NCBI GenBank assembly: GCA_052426225.1
Contig: JBNJNM010000006.1
Span: 2,294,001-2,358,000 of the forward strand
Length of the DNA: 64,000 nt
DNA from: Zancudomyces culisetae HAW-14-8
Lineage: Eukaryota > Fungi > Kickxellomycota
Direction: 5' to 3'
Under the pieces are notes generated by a model. It ran no database searches. It saw only the letters and a list, made by a program, of their open reading frames with translations, and was not told the origin of the DNA. Both the position numbers and the translations under genes were made by a program. Positions 39,549 through 53,089 of the stretch are shown piece by piece. Numbering within the stretch: position 1 is the first letter of the stretch; every line of letters starts with the position of its first letter.

Positions 39549-40881
39549 CCAGCATGTTTGATTGTGGACCAATGTCGTAGTCCGCGTCGCAGTTGTTGAT
39601 GGCTCGCCCTATACATTCTAAGGCGGCATCTACTCTGTAGTCAAAGTGCTCAAGGCTTATTCCTATTTTGCACTCTCCTACTCCTAAACGTAGGATGAGG
39701 TTTTCGGGCATTTTCCCAGTCATTCTAAGAATGACCGAAACTTTTTCTTAGGTAGGTTGTACTACCTTAGTAGCCCTCTTCTAGTGTTGAAATTCAGTAG
39801 TATGGGTTGACGATTTGTTTTGGCTACACCTGCATAGGTTGTAGTTATGCTTTGGGTCGTCATTTGTATTTATGTTTATATTTTTTCATATAATTAATAA
39901 TCATTAATAGGTAATTTGTAAATACAGGAATAAATGTAATTTAGTGTGTCATTAGGTTTAATATTATTATATAGACTTGATATCAACTATAAAATATATT
40001 CTAATCCGAAAACTACCAAAATCTCAGTTCGCTTCTATTAAATATTTATTTATCTCTCATTACGTTTAATGATAGTTTATCGGTCACTAACTGTGTTTAA
40101 TAATAGATTTAATAATTAATTTAATAACTTTGAATTATTCGGTAGTTATTATCGTTTTTTACACTTTATTTAAATTAATGGTACAAATATGATAAAAATC
40201 ATAATTATATCGGATTTTTAGTTAATGTATATAAATTTTAGAGATAACTTTGTTTAGAATTAATAATTAATTAATAAAGTTATCAATTTATACTATGAAT
40301 CTTCAGATATTATAAAATAGGCTCCTAATGTTTGAAATTTCGATCAGAAAATCTTTTCACTAGATTCAGCATCATTGGCATTGGAATTATGTTTTAACCT
40401 AAATAAAAATGATTTAATAAATCATATTATAACAATATTTATAAGTCTAACCCCAAATTTATTAATACTAGGATGATTAAAATTCGCTATTAAATCATTT
40501 AATATAGTATAGAATGTTTACCTACTGCTATTTGTATATTAATTTAATACAAATATAAATTGTTATTGTTAGATTTTCTATAAGTTTGATTAGAAAATAA
40601 AGTAAATAAAATTTTTACATAATATATTATTATATGTAATCGCGAGAGTTTATTGAAAATAGAAACAGCATAAAATACATTAAATTATAATTTATTAATA
40701 AATCAAATAAGTAAAATTAAGATACATAGTACCAGATCCAATCAATTGGTATGTACCAGGGTAGATAATTGTATAATTTAAATGTTTGCTAATAAATGAT
40801 AGTTTCTTGTCATATTTAAGCTAAACTTCTTGTAGCCTCAGTTAGTTTCGTTATTCTGTTGTAGAGTAATTGGTGTTTTTT

Positions 40882-40944
40882 TAGCTCTAGCTCTGCCTTT
40901 TCTAGTTCTAGCTTTGCCTTTTCTAGTTCTAGCTTTGCCTTTTC
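40882..40944. repeat. 21-bp tandem repeat, 3 copies
   Basis: TAG(C/T)TCTAGCT(C/T)TGCCTTTTC x3; the minus strand reads EKAKLEL heptads. Confidence 0.85.
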
Positions 40945-42372
40945 TTAATATTTTAAAATTAATTTATAAATCAAAATATTATTTCCTTGGCAACCAAATG
41001 GTAATCAATATTATTGAAGCATTATCTACCCTGTCAACAATAAATTAATTTTAAATCGAATAAATTGTTATATGACCAAAATATTATTTATCACAGTGAT
41101 TAAGATGTTTTACAGTATGTTTCAATTATTTATCAATTTAACATAAAATAGTCATATAGATTACAAATTATATTAATTATTATAAATCTATTTATAACCT
41201 AAAGTCTCATAATATAATTGATCATGACCAATCAGGTGATAATTTTTGCCATTAAAATATTTTAGTTGTTTAGTATTTATAAAATAGGTTTATATAGCAG
41301 TCATTTTAAAAATACATATGATTTAACGTATATGTCAGTGATAGATAGTGATAAAACCAACTATAACAAATACATTAAATTATATTATTGTTCATAACTT
41401 AAATAATAATTTAATACATAACTAAAATTTTACGATATGTATTTAAGAACGATGTAGTTATAGTATTCAATTTATATAATGTGTTTGATATTTAAATATA
41501 CATAATAAAAATTTTTTATCTGGAACGTGAGTTAAAAAACTTTAGATTTAAGAATGTCTAGAAGCGGTTTTATAAAATTAGTGTTATTCTATTCTCAAGA
41601 TATAATCAAAGGTATTTTTAACGAATGGTATTAAAATAAGCTTATGAGTATATTGGTGTTTCAAATAAAAGTAATTTTATTGTAGTGCTCGTTAACCTCT
41701 TAATATTTTTAAATAAGTCATAAAGTTATTTGATGTTAATTTTGAATCAAATAGTTATATAAAAATTAGTTTATAATAATTTTTATCTATTCACTAACAT
41801 ATCAATAGTAAGTATATCAATATATACTATTATTATCTATCTATATTACAATATATCTATTATTAATAATATATATAAAAAAGTAAATAAATGTATAATA
41901 AAGTTTAATAAAATTAAATAAAACATCATCATATGATGCTATATAATCAATGCTCAATCAAGTTAAAGTATAGCTGTAATTTGATATCAAACCAAAAATC
42001 AATAATATTGAATATTGATTGGAAACAGAATAGGTTCTTACAAATGTTAATTATTGCTATTATAATGGTTGTTTAATGGCCAGAAGATATAAAGATTAAC
42101 TAATTTATGATTTTTGAGAATTTTATATATTGTTGATATTTATCAAATTAGTTGTCTAATATTTATTATTAATTAATAACATGTTAGTGTACAAAAAATA
42201 ATAATCTATAAAATTACAATATATACTTGATTCCAAATACATATAATAATTGTATATAATATTTGGTTAAAATCCACATTATTATTATACTATAATAAAT
42301 ATATTAGACTTATGTAGTATTTCTTATTAATATTGATAAAAACCGATAAGTATAATTATGTTAGAATATTAA

Positions 42373-42512
42373 TGTCACAGAACGAGATTTATTGATTAAA
42401 CAAGTTGTAATTCTTAGAGAATTACAACGAAGCATAGACGAAATGATTAAATAGAAGATAAAATATTAAGATTAATTATGGGTAATAAGAAGTAATATTA
42501 TTGGCTATAACA
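42373..42512 (-). repeat. Solo LTR of the TRIM family, inverted
   Basis: Reverse complement is near-identical to 28700-28839; flanks ATTAA/ATAAA (TSD with one mismatch). Confidence 0.9.
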
Positions 42513-43624
42513 ATAAATGTATTACATTCGTTTACGAAATCCAAAGAAATCAATTAGAGGATAATAGAGCAATCCGATTTATTATAACAGTATAATAATT
42601 GTAAAAGTATAACTATGAATATATATAGTTATAGGTTAAATATTTGAATATCATTTTTGTGTCTTGTATAAACACTAATATATCTTTTACCAAATTATCA
42701 AATTGTAAATAATTAATTTTATGGTGACACAAATGGTGATACACAATACTTTTATAAAATTGAATTATAATATCAAAACTAAAACCAATATATTCCTTTA
42801 CCTAATTATCATCATATAATAATTCTATTTATAATTAAGCTAATCTAGGAGACAAGAAGAATCTATGTTGTCAACCCATTAATCAATAACCTTATAAACA
42901 ATTCAATTTATTTATTAATTTTAATGATAGGTATAATTCCTATTGAAGAAATTAATTAAGGTAGAAATTTGTATGTATTTACTTTAATTTTATGACTAAA
43001 ATTTACATCAACTAACAGATAATTGTCGAATAAAAATACAAGTTGTTCTCAAACTAAAAAATGTTTATTATATTAATATTGATATTTAACACCCTTTACA
43101 ATATAGAATTTGGAAATATTGAAATTATAATTTCTTATAATTCAAGTCTATTGTGACTACTCATTCTAATAATAAGATTAAATTATTAAATATAATTATA
43201 AACTACGTAATTAACATTGCTGGAATTTCTTTAAACATTATGTAAATTTTAAAAATACTTTAATTATAAATTAAAGTAAATACCTATTACATTTGATTAG
43301 GAATCAAACTATAGAAACATAAATGTCAATGCCAAGTTTTAACATATTTCGTAAAGCTTAAAGACCTTATCCTTTTTGTAAATTTTATATTCCATATCAG
43401 ACGACAATTATTTAATATTAGTATACACAATTGTTCATGCTCGAATTTATGTCCAACCAATTATATCAAATACAAAAATATAATGATTATATTTATTTTT
43501 ACTCAATATTTGATCTACAATTTTTATTTTAAATATATATATGGGTATTATAGCCGTATATAATATAATATAATACTATTAAATTTATACACATACATTA
43601 TGTGAATAATAATATGCGTTATTT

Positions 43625-44447
43625 GACCCTAAGTACTATAACCGAAATAATCATGTATGAAGTCCAGTCTAAACGATAATAGTTATTAAACATGGCTACA
43701 CTACTCTATCCATCTTGATCTACTATTTCTTTTTCCGGTATGCCTGCTTAGAATACCGTTGTAGTTCCGATTGCTCTCGCTTATACTGATGGGCGTCCTG
43801 GAGGTATTTCTAATAAGTCGTTTAGTTTTCTGATGTACCTAGAAATCGAAACCTTGAACATGCATTTGTTTTAGTTGTTAGTGTGCCTAAGTAACTTAAA
43901 TATACTAATTTCTGGGTATTGTTCGTGTTGTGCTATACAATCTTGGTATGCCACCCTATCTTTATATATTTTGTATGTTTCTACCGGACAAAGTAGAGGG
44001 ATTCTGTGATTTCGAATTGCTGATTGTCTGACGATTGGGCGACCTTCGCGTTTCTCTTTTGGTGCCATAATTGTAAAAATGATTTTATCGACTTCTATTA
44101 TCGTTTTACCTGTCATCGTTCCACGTTATGTCTGATTGTCTTAAGAATCCTGCTGTTGCTAGTAACCAACATAATTTCGATGTTAATTTGGTTGTCTCGA
44201 GATCGTTCGTTGTTCCCCATTCTATTATCTTTTCTATAATAGGTTTTATATTAATATTGTTATTTATAAAATATTTGAACTGATTCTCTTTTACAGCCAT
44301 CGTGAATCTATTTAGAATCTTGAATTGTTCAGAATTCTCATCTAAATTGGCAACCATTTCTAATAAGGCTGACTTGTACGTTAGGATGGATGATGGTCTC
44401 AGTTTACTTTTATTGCTTATTTCTGATAAAAAATAGATTATATCCAC
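43625..44447 (-). pseudogene. Tyrosine recombinase relic of a DIRS/Crypton-type element
   Basis: SILTYKSAL, KLCWLLATAGFLRQSDI (catalytic R), APKEKR, LCPVETY, ARAIGTT, G*SS..FNNYYRL (catalytic Y region); one frameshift and several stops. Confidence 0.8.
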
Positions 44448-45271
44448 TTCTTATATTCCTTCTCCTGTGTCACCTGTATGCTCTGCTCCATACTCTATTT
44501 TTGTTTTGAATAGGCACTTGCCTTTTCAATCTTTTATTTGCCCTGGATTGTTGTTGATTAAACAGATGGCTACACTTGGTAGTCCATTGTTATTTTGTTA
44601 AGCTTTAATAATTATAATTATGAGACATTAACTTATAATTATCTTAATCACCTTCAGTTATATTTTAATAATCATCATTATTTAAAATTTGAAAGAATAA
44701 AAAACTTAATGATCAAACAGATGATTGTGTAGATTTTATACTTTTCAAAGCTAGTTAACATATCAAAGTTGAGTAATATACAAACGAGTTAAATAATTGT
44801 CACATGTAATTATATTATTTTTTATCACATCATTTTAATTTATAAATTATGTGAATATAATAAATGTTGTAATATTAATTATAGTGAATATTGATTATAT
44901 ATAGAACGATATTGATAACATTAATAACTCTAAACATAATATGTTATATATAATCTACAAACAATATCACGTTTATCAATTAATCGCTATTTAATAAAAA
45001 AAGTTAATAATCGTTCTTTTCAATGGGTTTAATGTGGATAAAATTTTCAATCTTGATTATTAGAAAATGAATAAAATTTGAGAAGGTGATTATATACAAA
45101 TTTAACATTCTATTTATTAAATGTAATTTACAATACAGTGAAGACATTTAAAATCATTAAATATAGAAAATAGCTCTCCAGAGTGTTAAACTTATAGTTT
45201 AGTATATGATTTAGAAAAACATAGTATGAATTTGAATATGATATTTTTATCTGAAGTTCTCTTTCGATGGA

Positions 45272-45836
45272 TGTTAGGAATTGTTTTAAAATAAATTAAA
45301 TAAATTCATATTTATTATAATTCTATATGACCAAATCAAGAAGGTTACAAAATGAAATTGTAACCATATACAAATTACTATAATGTAACTAAGTACAAAT
45401 TAATTAAATGTAACTAAGTACAAATTATTAAATTAATCTAACCAAGTCAAGTAAAAATGAATTTTGCGATGAAATTTGTTATAAAAATATTCACAGACCA
45501 TTTTAGGAAATAAGAAACCTAGAAAGAATTCCGAAACTAATAATTCTTAGAATCGTCAGAATAACATGAATGACGCAATCATTGACACACTAAACTCGCG
45601 GTAGTTAATCACATCAGTTACTCATAAGTTTAATAGTCAAATTTATAGTTTGATAGCAACTTTACTTAAGAAAATTTTATATGGAAAAAAATCTGGAGTA
45701 AAAGTATAAAAACCCTTTCGAAATCCATCGAAAGAGAACTTCAGAGAAAAATATCTTATTCACTATTGAATACCATATTTTTCTAAATAATTAATAGTAA
45801 TAAATAATTTAATCTTAAAATATTCAAGTCTTAACA
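45272..45836 (+). repeat. Solo LTR (565 bp) with TSD ATGGA, nested in an inverted older LTR of the same family
   Basis: TGTTA...TAACA termini, ATGGA on both sides (45267-71, 45837-41), TATAAAA near 45705; the flanks rejoin to the reverse complement of its own 45705-45756 segment. Confidence 0.85.
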
Positions 45837-46116
45837 ATGGATTTCGAAAGGGTTTTTATAATTATCTTTAGAAATTATTTAAAATGTATTATGCATAAAA
45901 GTAAATATCAATTAAAATTTTGATATTAAACTTAAGAAAAACTAATGTGATTAACTACCGTATGATTAGAGTTTAAGATTGCGCCTTCTAGTATATGCTG
46001 GAACTATTCAATATATATTATTTCTGTATCTTTTTCTAGAATATAATTTCTATACATGTCAGAATATTTTTATTCTGGTATTTCATTTGGAAAATAACAT
46101 AATAATTGGTTAAAAT

Positions 46117-49100
46117 TGTCAGAATGACATATCTCCACACTTTCCCCACATAAATAAGATTATATTTGTCTCACAATATTATGGAGTTAATTTCAGACAC
46201 ATAGTATTGGTTATAAATAACCACATATAAATTATATAAGATACTACACCATTAATTGTTATAGTAAATTTCATATATAACATTAGCTAAAAGATTTTAT
46301 CGCAACTCAGCGATAAAATCATATTTCATAGTCCATAGTAATTTAAGCTTATAATAATAAAGTTACCTTAATATATTCTTGACAGTATTTTATCGCTTGT
46401 AATTAACTTAACTTTATTAAAATCAAGAACAGTTACATCACCATGCCAAACAGCGACATCTCTGATGCAATGGAAGAACAACTTCCAATAATTGACAACC
46501 AAGATATTAATGTGATAACCGAGGAACTTAATAAGCTAAGATTAGAAAATGCAAGTTTGAAACAAAACCTAACTATTACACCTACTAAGATTGCTCTACC
46601 AGAAAAATTTAATGGAAATAGAACAGAGTACCGCGGATTTATCAATCAGTGCCAATTACTATTTTTAATGAACCCACAACAGTATTCAACTGATATATCA
46701 AAAGTCGGGCTTATTATTTCGCTTCTCACAAATGATGCACTGAATTGGGCATCACCCATAGTAGAGAAAAATAACCAATTATTATTGAATTATTCTCTAT
46801 TTATTACTGAAATGGCGAAAATGTTTGACGACCCCCAAAGATATAAGACAGCAGATATTGCAATTAGAAAACTGAAACAAGGTACCAATTCAGTAGCAAC
46901 ATATGCTTCAAATTTCAGAAGAATAGCTATGGACCTATCTTGGAATGATCCCCCATTAATTTCCCAGTTCGAAGCAGGCCTTAATGAAGAAGTTATAGAT
47001 GCTTTAACTCAATTAGGACATATTAATACATTAGAATTATTCATTGAAGCAGCAATTAAAGCAGATATCAATATCATCATGAGAAAAGAGAAAAGAGATA
47101 ATAGAAATAAAAACAACTATTATCCAACAATAACTCAACATAAAAAGGTAGTACAACCGGAAGAAAGAGATAGGAGACTAAAACTTGGATTATGCTTCTA
47201 TTGTGGAAGTCAGGGCCATTTGGCACAACATTGTCCGGAAAAGATAAAGAAGGCAAGACAATCAAACCAACAGTTTCAGACCTAGGAGGAGTGGTAGATC
47301 TGAAACAACATAAACAACTCTCTCCTAACAAATTATTATATTCAAATCTAGTTCACACTATATAAACCACAGTCACCAGTCAACCATCTCAACAACTAAT
47401 AATCAATATCACTTTAAGTATAGGTAAATTTAAATTAAAAACAAATGCAATGGTTGATTCAGGAGCCACAGGATACTTCATGGATAGTCAGTTTGCCAAA
47501 AACAATAGGATCCAAAATTATATTAAACAAATACCTACGAAAGTTGAATTTATCGATGGTTCTGAAAACCCTTCGGGACCTATAACTACTGAAACTCAAG
47601 TATTATCTTTAACTATTAATAACCACCATGAATTTATCATTTTTGATCTTTTGCCTATTAAACACGCAAACATAATCTTGGGACTACTTTGGCTCTACGA
47701 ACATAATCCCCTTATTGACTGGCGAGATTCTACTATTTTATTCAATGATATATATTGTAAAAGATACTGCTTATTAAAAAATAACAATTTATATAAAAAT
47801 GACAAAATCGTAAACTCTAACATAAAAATAACAAAACAATATAACAACAAAAAAACTATAAAAGAACAGGAAAAGTTACAAAAAAAATACTACTCACCAA
47901 ACACTCAAGAAATATTTATAAATAATAACAACATCTCAATACCAACTTTTAATGAAACAGTAAACAAGGATACTATGACTAACTTAGAAAATTTAAATAC
48001 TAAACAAAATATCTATTTACCCAAAGATAACACTAAAGTCAATTCAACTGAAAATAGAAACAAAAATAACTTTAAGAACAAAATTGAAAATGTTAAAGAC
48101 AATGGCATTTCCCCTCATACATCAAGCAACCTGAAAAGTACTATAAATAATCCAACTGAAAAAACAAGCTCCAAATACGTATTAAATAAAATTACAACTA
48201 CAGCTACTTATACAACAGAAAATAACACCACAGATTATAAAACTACAGACAATAAAACTACAGACAATAAAACTACAGACCATAAAACTACAGACCATAA
48301 AACTACAGACCATAAAACTAAAGATCATAAAACTACAGACTATGAAACTAACGAACAAAATTTTACTACTATGGACACAAAAAATAATGAAAATCCGGAA
48401 CTGGACATCATAGAAATGAAAACCACAGCAAAAGCAGATACGAATGACACTACTAGAGACATTGAAATTATAGACAATAAACCAAATGAGAAGGAAACTA
48501 TAATAATTAATACTTATAATCAAGAGATTAGTCATCAAGAAGAAACCGAGAAAGAAACTATACATCCCAAAACTATAGATTATAATAGTGAGGAACCCAC
48601 ATTAACCAATACAAAAAATCCAAATGTAGATATGGAAGATGTGGACATGGAAGATATAGAAAATAGTGAAGAATACCAGGATGAAGTACCAATGATATAC
48701 GAATATTACCCAATTTGGGAAGAAAAAATGTATACAGATAACTATGAAAAAGATAAAATGTGTAGTCAATCCATTAGACTAACTACTCCACCTCCAGCAA
48801 TACCAATAGTACCTCAAAAAAGAAAATATTATACAGATGAATTAGAGTTACTGTCACCACTAAAGAAAAACAGATTTAATATAGCCCACATAATCGGGAT
48901 TATTCAAAACCCATCTATAGAATTCGAAAAAGAAATATTACCTCAAATTCCAAACGAATATATGGATTAAAAACAGCATTTGACAAACAACTAGCAAACA
49001 AATTACCACCGCATAGGCCATATGATTGCCCAATAGAATTATTACCTAATTCAAGCCCCCCTTACAGACCCATATACTCACTATCTCCAAAAGAATCGAA

Positions 49101-52100
49101 AACGCTAAATGAATATATCCAAGACAATCTTTCTAAAGGTTTTATCGAAAACTCCACTTCAGAAGCTGGTGCACCCGTATTTTTTACATCCAAAAAAGAT
49201 GGATCCCTTCGACTAGTAGTAGATTACAGAAAATTAAATCTAATTACTCGAAAAAATCGATATCCACTACCACTAATAAATGAATTATTAGAGCGAGTAC
49301 AAGGCGCTGAAATATTCACTAAATTAGATTTACGAGGCGCTTATAACCTCGTAAGAATTAAAACAGGCGATGAGTGGAAAACGGCCTTTCGAACCCAATT
49401 CGGTCACTTCCAATATAATGTAATGCCATTTGGGTTGGCGAACGCTCCAGCAACATTCCAACATTTTGTGAACGATATTTTTAAGGATTTTATTAATATA
49501 TTCATGGTAGTTTATTTGGACGATATTTTGATATTTTCAAAAAACAAAAACGAACATATTAACCATGTAAGGCTAGTCCTAAATAGACTTATCCAAAACA
49601 ACCTATACGTAAAATTGGAGAAATGTGAATTTAATCAAAAACAAGTAGAATTTTTAGGATATATAGTTTCTAACGAAGGACTACAAATGGACAATAAAAG
49701 AATTGAAACTATACAAAACTGGAAACCACCATCCACAGTAAAACAGATACAAATATTCCTAGGATTTTCAAATTTCTATCGACGATTTATAGAAAATTTT
49801 TCCAAGATCATAAGTCCAATTACAAGTTTATTGAAAAAGAACGCACAATTCATATGGACACAAGTACATCAATGTGCTTTTGACGAATTAAAAGCTAAAT
49901 TTACGTCCGCACCTATATTAAAACACCCAATACCGGATAAACCTTTTATACTCGAATGTGACGCGTCAAATTATGCGATAGGTGCCGTACTATCTCAAAA
50001 ACACGACAACATATTACACCCATGCTGCTATTACTCGAGAACACTAAACGACTCGGAAAAGAATTATCATATATTTGACAAAGAACTGTTGGCAGTTAAA
50101 GATTCTTTAGAACAATGGAGACACTTACTGGAGGGCGCATATCATCCTGTTACAATTATGACAGACCATAAAAATTTAGAATATTTTAAAGATGCTAAAA
50201 TTTTAAACCAAAGACAGGCCAGATGGTCTCTATTTCTATCCAGATTTGATATTAATCTTATGTATAGACCAGGAGCTAAGAATGGAAAAGCAGACGCCTT
50301 GACCAGAAGAGAAGAACCCAAAGATAAAATATCACAATATAATACTGACCCTATAATGACCCCAAAAGCAATAATAGGAGCTATTCAAACCAACACAATT
50401 GATAAGGAAATTAATCTAGGATACACAACTGAAAACATTAATAAAATACTACTTGAAAATAAAGAACTGAAACTAAGGCTAGAAAACGGTCAAATCTTAA
50501 ATCATGAAAATAAAATATTTGTACCAGAAAACGTGAGAAAACAAGTACTTGAAGAATTTCATGATACACCTCTAGCAGGACATTTTGGCACAACTAAAAC
50601 ATACGAATGCATATCGAGGAAATATTGGTGGTCAAAGTTGAGAGAAACAGTAGAAAATTATATTAAAACATGCGAAACATGCAACAGAAATAAATACCAA
50701 ACATCAAAACCAAAAGGATTTATAATACCACTAGATACACCGGGAAAACCATGGCAATCAGTTTCACTTGATTTTATAACAGACCTGCCTAAATCTTTAG
50801 GAAATACTACTATTTTGGTTATAGTAGATCGCCTAACTAAAATGGCGCATTTTATAGCATGTAAAAAACTTCCAACATCTATAGAAACGGCTAAATTATT
50901 TATAGACAACATCTTTAGGATACACGGAATGCCTAATTCAATTGTATCTGATCGTGGATCTCAGTTCGTATCACGATTCTGGAAAGACTTCTTTAAACTC
51001 TTGAATGTTAAAATAAACCTTTCAACAGCATATCATCCTCAAAGTGACGGGCAAACAGAGAGAATTAACTTAATATTAGAACAATACCTAAGATGTTTTA
51101 TAAATTATCAACAGGATAACTGGTCACAACTGCTGACCTTTGCTGAATTTGCATATAATAATTCATACCATAGTTCAACTAAATTAAGCCCGTTTTATGC
51201 TAATTACGGGTTCCATCCAAATTTAAATACAAACTCAATATCCAACTCTAATTTACCTAGTGCGCAAGACCTAATTATTCAGATTAAAGAAACACAAGAA
51301 GTATTAAAATATCAACTAGAGAAAGCTAAAAATAATTATAAATACCAAGCGGATAAAAAAAGAACAGATTATGATGAATACAAACCAGGAATGAAAGTGT
51401 GGTTATCTCAAAAACACATACATTCAACAAGACCGTCTAAGAAATTAGATAATCTATTTATGGGACCATATGAAATAATATCCATGATAAACCCTGTTGC
51501 TGCTAAATTAAAATTGCCTTATTCACTTAAAATACACCCTGTATTTCATAACTCATTACTTAAACCATATATTAAAGACTCCATAAGAAAGACTAAACTA
51601 AACCCACCACAAATTGAAATCTTAAACGGCATACCAGAATACATAGTAAACAGAATACTAGATAGTAAAAGAATACATGGTAAACTTAAATACCTAATCG
51701 ATTGGGAAGGGTATCCCCCGGAAGAAAGATCATGGGAATATGAGGAAGATGTGCATGCACCTATCCTAACAAAAAGATTTTATAAACAGTACCCTAACAA
51801 ACCAAAACCCACACAAACAAGTTGAGAAAGTCATTAAAGGAGAGTAATGTCAGAATGACATATCTCCACACTTTCCCCACATAAATAAGATTATATTTGT
51901 CTCACAATATTATGGAGTTAATTTCAGACACATAGTATTGGTTATAAATAACCACATATAAATTATATAAGATACTACACCATTAATTGTTATAGTAAAT
52001 TTCATATATAACCCTAGCTAAAAGATTTTATCGCAACTCAGCGATAAAATCATATTTCATAGTCCATAGTAATTTAAGCTTATAATAATAAAGTTACCTT

Positions 52101-52115
52101 AATATATTCTTGACA
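46117..52115 (+). mobile_element. Full-length chromoviral Ty3/Gypsy element C (Tf1/sushi-like) with 268-bp LTRs
   Basis: LTRs 46117-46384 and 51848-52115 (two differences seen), TSD AAAAT, PPT AAAGGAGAG. Gag 46443-47285 with CCHC knuckle; pol in the -1 frame with PR (VDSGA), RT (VYLDDILI), RNase H, IN, GPY and chromodomain. One in-frame TAA near 47363 and a 1-nt frameshift near 48967. Confidence 0.96.
48226..48350 (+). repeat. 15-bp coding tandem repeat (KTTD[N/H/Y], about 8 copies) inside pol of element C
   Basis: AAAACTACAGAC(A/C)AT units, head to tail, in frame. Confidence 0.9.
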
Positions 52116-52628
52116 AAAATATTATAATAATGTATAATAAATAACTTTAAGGATTGTACGTAGTTAAATTATATCTATTCTACTTAGTTTCTTTATGCTA
52201 ATTTATAAATGTTACATTATATAATTTGTATATTGTTACTATTTCAGTTTGGAAACTTCTTAATAATATGCTCATGGTGAATATATAAACCTGAATATAT
52301 TTATAATTGACATAATTCCTATCACCAATCATTCCTAGATGATAGCATGCTAGGGGCAGCAATCATTATTATATAGTGGTAATTCTCGACTGGACATCTA
52401 GAGATGTGTCATTAATGACAATCATATGTCAGTTATTACTTGTATAATTTTTAAATTTTTATTTATAAGTTTAAAACAGTTTCATAAAATTAGTTAAAGT
52501 TTGAAACCGTGTTATACTATAAGATGTATGTTCCTATAAAACAATAAGTTTTATATAGTTCCTATCGTTACATAGTATAACTAGTACAAGTATTAATAAA
52601 TTCAAAAGAATATTTTATTATTCTCCAG

Positions 52629-53089
52629 TGTTATGAATAGAACGTAGTTCATAAATTTTGTATTAGTATATTTTATTTCTATTTTAGTTAAATTAACTTA
52701 ATTAGTTGTAATTCCATTTTAGTAAAGTTACATAAATTGATTTAGGTAATCATGAAATTAATTTATTACAATTCGATTTTTAGTAACTGTTTTTATTTTA
52801 CATAAACCAAAACAACACAATGTTGAACTAAACCCCAACATTGAAAATCATTAAACTAATCAAGGGTCAAACTCCTAGAATGTTTATCGAAGTAAGAAAA
52901 TATTATTTCTTCGATAAACAAGGTCTTGCGAACTTGGTTTTTTTCATGAAAATTTTGCTGACCAAAAAGTATATAAACCCAACGAAATTCGTTGTGGAAA
53001 TCGTCAGTGAAAAATATTCTCTTTAGTTTAATGAAGTTATATAATACTTAAATCAAGTTTCTATTAATAAAATAAATCAAGCTATAACA
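52629..53089 (+). repeat. Solo LTR (about 460 bp) inserted in copy B of the orphan ORF
   Basis: TGTTAT...ATAACA termini; homologous to 34081-34363; removing it rejoins ...PRTLG|E on the minus strand (imperfect TSD CCAG/CCAAG). Confidence 0.72.

Noticed and set aside
39550-39860. Possible LINE ORF1/gag fragment on the minus strand (TYAGVAK...)
   Set aside because: GC-richer and coding-like but too short and broken to assign.
48226-48350. Short repeat array as a CRISPR
   Set aside because: No spacers; in-frame coding tandem repeat inside a eukaryotic retroelement.
52975-53012. Minus-strand CTGACGA plus hairpin in an LTR as a retrozyme hammerhead
   Set aside because: No GAAA after the stem, and the homologous LTR near 34277 does not keep CTGACGA.
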